DNA of 63,690 nucleotides, counting the filler. It is 6 parts of 6 records of this genome, joined end to end, with 100 filler letters (N's around TTAATTAATTAA, not from the genome) between each part and the next. Parts side by side here need not be neighbours in the genome. Positions count along the whole stretch, not along the records: positions 57,692 to 63,690 come from SRR31156797_6206; 5 more parts are not named here. The stretch is one strand, 5' to 3'. A program made the translations under genes and the position numbers. Below are positions 60,439-63,690 of this stretch, one piece after another (within the stretch, counting starts at the first letter, position 1; each line of letters begins with the position of its first letter). The notes below the pieces were generated by a model, which ran no database searches, was not told where the DNA came from, and worked only from the letters and a program-made list of their open reading frames with translations.

Positions 60439-61125
60439 TTATGCTTTGCGTTCGTCACTAATAATTTTACCATCTTCCAGTTTAATTACTCTTCGGGCTT
60501 TATTTACCACACGCGCATCGTGGGTACTAAAAATAAAAGTGATTTTTTCTTCCCGGTTAAGCTTCTCCATAATGTCAAGAAGGGTTTCGGTGGATTTAGA
60601 ATCCAGGTTAGCCGTAGGTTCATCGGCCAGTACAAATTTAGGTTTGGATGCCAAGGCACGTGCCACAGCTACTCTTTGTTGTTGTCCTCCAGATAAGCGA
60701 GAAGGACGGCTGTTTAATCTTTCACCCAATCCCACTTCAGTTAGTAAGTCAATGGCTCTTTTTTCGCGTTCGGTTTTGTTTTTTCCCTGCAACTGCATGA
60801 TAAATTCTACATTCTCGCGTGCGGTTAAAACAGGAATCAGGTTGTAAGCCTGAAAAACAAAGCCAATATTATGCAATCGAAAATCAATAAGTTCAGATGA
60901 TTTTAGTTCGTTGACATAGGTATCACCCACTCGAACAGAACCGGATGTGGGTTGATCCAATCCACCCAGCATATTTAAAAAAGTGGTTTTTCCACAACCC
61001 GAAGGACCAACAATAGCCGTAAATTCACCTTCTTCAATTTGTAAATCGATACCCTGTACCGCAGGAACCTCCACCTCAGAATCGTGGTATATTTTAGTAA
61101 GTTGATTGATTTCTATAACGTTCAT
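60439..61125 (-). CDS. LolD/MacB-type ABC ATPase
   Basis: GPSGCGKT, LSGGQQQR, ADEPTANLD, STHD. Confidence 0.93.
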   Translation of the reverse strand: MNVIEINQLTKIYHDSEVEVPAVQGIDLQIEEGEFTAIVGPSGCGKTTFLNMLGGLDQPTSGSVRVGDTYVNELKSSELIDFRLHNIGFVFQAYNLIPVLTARENVEFIMQLQGKNKTEREKRAIDLLTEVGLGERLNSRPSRLSGGQQQRVAVARALASKPKFVLADEPTANLDSKSTETLLDIMEKLNREEKITFIFSTHDARVVNKARRVIKLEDGKIISDERKA

Positions 61126-61183
61126 TTCTTTTGGATTTAATTGGTTAATAACTGTTCTCTGTTTACTGATCACTGAAAACTGC

Positions 61184-62404
61184 CTACATATTCATCCTCA
61201 GTGCTTCGGCAGGTTTTAGTTTCAGGGCTTTCCATGCCGGGTACAGTGCTGCCAGTAATCCTGTAAAAAATACCATGACTACCACATCAACAATGTTTCT
61301 GATTTTCAATACTGGATATACCATAGAATCGTAACCCATTGCACCAAAACCTTCAGCCACATGAGAAATATCAATACCGGATTGTGCGGTTAAAACCGTA
61401 ACAGCTATGCCCATGGCAATACCAACTATGCCTCCAATCAGTGATAAGAAAACTGTTTCTACCATGATCATTTTAAACACCCTGGATTTATTCATACCGA
61501 TGGACATTAACATACCTAATTCTTTGGTTCGTTCCAACACCGCCATGAGCATGGTATTGATAATACCAAAAATCAAGGCCAGTAAAATGATGATCATAAA
61601 AATGTACATGGATATATCCAGACTGGATTCTAACATAGAAACCTGTGGTAAAATTTCCCGCCATTCTTTTACATCGTATTCACCATAGCTGGATTGTATT
61701 TTAGACAACATATCAGGCACATATTCTGAATAATCCAAAAGCATGGCAATTTCATGAGCATCAGTATTATTTACACCATAAAGAGAAGTTAAATCCTGTG
61801 AACGAACAAAGATGTTGCTGTTATCGTACATGGTATTTGAAGTCTGGTAGATACCGGCCACTCTAAAAGAGGCTCCGGAAATATGTCCGGAAGCGTCGGC
61901 AAAGGTAATCACCACTTTAGATCGCACTTTTAACTTGAGTTTATCGGCCAGTTTTTTTCCAATCACAACCGGATTTCTTTTGATGCCTTCAAAATAAGCA
62001 CCATCTATTATTTTAGTGTAAAGGTTGGTTACTTCCTTTTCCTTATCGGGATGAACACCCATTATTTTAATACCCGTTGAGGTGGTTGGAGATTGAATCA
62101 TTCCCTGCACAATAAAACGGGCGCAGGTAGCTTTTACAGAATCCTGAATTGCGATTTGATTGGCTATATTCAGCGCATTGGTGATATAGTTTTTTTCTTC
62201 AGGATTTTCGAGGTATCCCTTGGGGTGAATCTGAATATGAGATGCCTCTGTGGATATGGCAGACTGAATGCGTTGTATAGCCATTCCATTATAAAAAGCA
62301 TAGTTGAATACGCCCGTAAAAATACCTAAGGCAATAGCAAATAATATTACAAAACTCCGGGTTTTGCTACGCCATACATTTCGCCATGAAACAGATAATA
62401 TCAT
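61184..62404 (-). CDS. LolC/E (MacB-FtsX) type ABC permease
   Basis: WRNVWR, periplasmic loop, NTMLMAVLERTKELG, ALYPA. Confidence 0.9.
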   Translation of the reverse strand: MILSVSWRNVWRSKTRSFVILFAIALGIFTGVFNYAFYNGMAIQRIQSAISTEASHIQIHPKGYLENPEEKNYITNALNIANQIAIQDSVKATCARFIVQGMIQSPTTSTGIKIMGVHPDKEKEVTNLYTKIIDGAYFEGIKRNPVVIGKKLADKLKLKVRSKVVITFADASGHISGASFRVAGIYQTSNTMYDNSNIFVRSQDLTSLYGVNNTDAHEIAMLLDYSEYVPDMLSKIQSSYGEYDVKEWREILPQVSMLESSLDISMYIFMIIILLALIFGIINTMLMAVLERTKELGMLMSIGMNKSRVFKMIMVETVFLSLIGGIVGIAMGIAVTVLTAQSGIDISHVAEGFGAMGYDSMVYPVLKIRNIVDVVVMVFFTGLLAALYPAWKALKLKPAEALRMNM

Positions 62405-62427
62405 TGTTTTTATTTTAGTATCAAGTA

Positions 62428-63651
62428 TCAGGATCTTAAAGATTTTGTGACTTTTAAGCGTAATATCTTGCTTAAAGGATATATAGAGACCAATAAGGTG
62501 ATGCCCAGCACAACTAATATTTGTCCACCAAATACCATGGGGTCGGAACCAAAGTAGATGGCAGGTTCAATGCCAAATTCTTCATAAACTGCCGCGACTT
62601 CTCCCGTTAAGGGGATGGGACTATGAACCAGCCAGGCAATTAAAGGTATACTCACCAGGAAACCGGCTATAATACCTGTTAAACCAATTAAAATAGTTTC
62701 GTAAAAAAGCACTTTAGCCAGTTTAAGTTTATTCATGCCTATAGCGACCATAACCCCCAGCTCTTTGCGTCGCTCTGCAATCATCATAATAACGGTGGAA
62801 AATACGCCAAAGCCAATGAGAATATAAAGAATACCTTTCATGATTACACCCTGACCTTTATCTCCTTCTATCATTTGTTTGGTCACAGGATCCATTTCGT
62901 CCCAGGTCATGACAGAATAGTTGTTGCCTAGCTGCTGGCTTAACTGATGTTTTACGGGAAGTACTTCATCGTAATCATTAACTGTTAGCACCAGACTGGT
63001 AACCATATCCGGAGCGGAGAAAAAAGTACGGGCTTTTTCGAGTGTAATGTAAGTCCCAAAGTTATTGAGGGCAGGGAAGGGGAATTCCAAAATTCCTTTT
63101 ACCGGGAATAAACCACTGGCACTATAACCATGATATCCCTGACTGATTAAAGCCACCGTATCACCAATGTCTACATTGAGATTCCGGGCTAGGTTCACGG
63201 CCATTAATATACCGTCATCTCCTTTTTCAAGATAATCTCCTTCTTTAACCCATTTTTTTAATCCTGTAAGCTGATTTTCCTCCTTAGGTTGAATGCCAAT
63301 CAACATACCTCCTTTGGTATTAATACCGTACGACATCAAAGAAAAAGATTCCATACGCGGAACGATCAAATCAACGTCCTGATTGGATTTAATTTTTTGA
63401 ATTAAAGAATCCTCCGGAACAAACAAATCATCAATAGATTTACTTTCCCAATAATCCGGATGGTGTACTTGAAGGTAACCGGAGTAAAAGCTCACCACAT
63501 TATCAATCATTTTGGAATACGTGCCATCCTGCATCGAACTCATCAGGGTGCAAAGAATAACACCAAAGAATATGGATGCTACTGTAATAAATGTGCGACG
63601 CCGGTTACGCCAGATATTTCGCCATGCCAGTATGATATCACCGTTTGCCAT
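62428..63651 (-). CDS. LolC/E (MacB-FtsX) type ABC permease
   Basis: AWRNIWRNRRR, ERRKELG, SIYP. Confidence 0.9.
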   Translation of the reverse strand: MANGDIILAWRNIWRNRRRTFITVASIFFGVILCTLMSSMQDGTYSKMIDNVVSFYSGYLQVHHPDYWESKSIDDLFVPEDSLIQKIKSNQDVDLIVPRMESFSLMSYGINTKGGMLIGIQPKEENQLTGLKKWVKEGDYLEKGDDGILMAVNLARNLNVDIGDTVALISQGYHGYSASGLFPVKGILEFPFPALNNFGTYITLEKARTFFSAPDMVTSLVLTVNDYDEVLPVKHQLSQQLGNNYSVMTWDEMDPVTKQMIEGDKGQGVIMKGILYILIGFGVFSTVIMMIAERRKELGVMVAIGMNKLKLAKVLFYETILIGLTGIIAGFLVSIPLIAWLVHSPIPLTGEVAAVYEEFGIEPAIYFGSDPMVFGGQILVVLGITLLVSIYPLSKILRLKVTKSLRS

Positions 63652-63660
63652 TTTATTAGT

Positions 63661-63690
63661 TATAAAGTATAAAGTATAAAGTATAAAGTA
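63661..63690. repeat. TATAAAG heptamer tandem repeat, at least 4 copies, running off the window
   Basis: TATAAAG x4 plus TA directly upstream of the permease start. Confidence 0.85.

Overview
This window is not one locus. It is six contigs joined by 100-nt N44-TTAATTAATTAA-N44 spacers: 1-13074, 13175-36070, 36171-43448, 43549-50193, 50294-57591 and 57692-63690. By protein style (inference) they come from anaerobes: contigs 1 and 3 deltaproteobacterial, 2 Deferribacterales-like, 4 Desulfovibrionaceae-like, 5 and 6 Bacteroidota. Gene content includes a double-cubane reductase/activase pair, two homologous TetR-MMPL/RND-LolA-like-OM barrel cassettes plus an ABC-driven analogue, argS, tRNA-Leu, glnK-amt, nhaA under a yybP-ykoY riboswitch, proVWX, a FIST/hybrid kinase pair, a decayed integron-cassette remnant, an EPS locus and topB. 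The best leads are: (i) a stand-alone podovirus-type capsid plus small decoration-like gene with a structured leader and no other phage morphogenesis genes, a candidate domesticated capsid or dispersed gene transfer agent; (ii) a short acidic motif, D-x-[LIVF]-[LF]-x-G-F-[DS], shared by both MMPL proteins and both barrels, a candidate docking motif for the LolA-like shuttle; (iii) an 8-unit palindrome array with a 41-42 bp period. All family calls come from motif recognition only; no searches were run.
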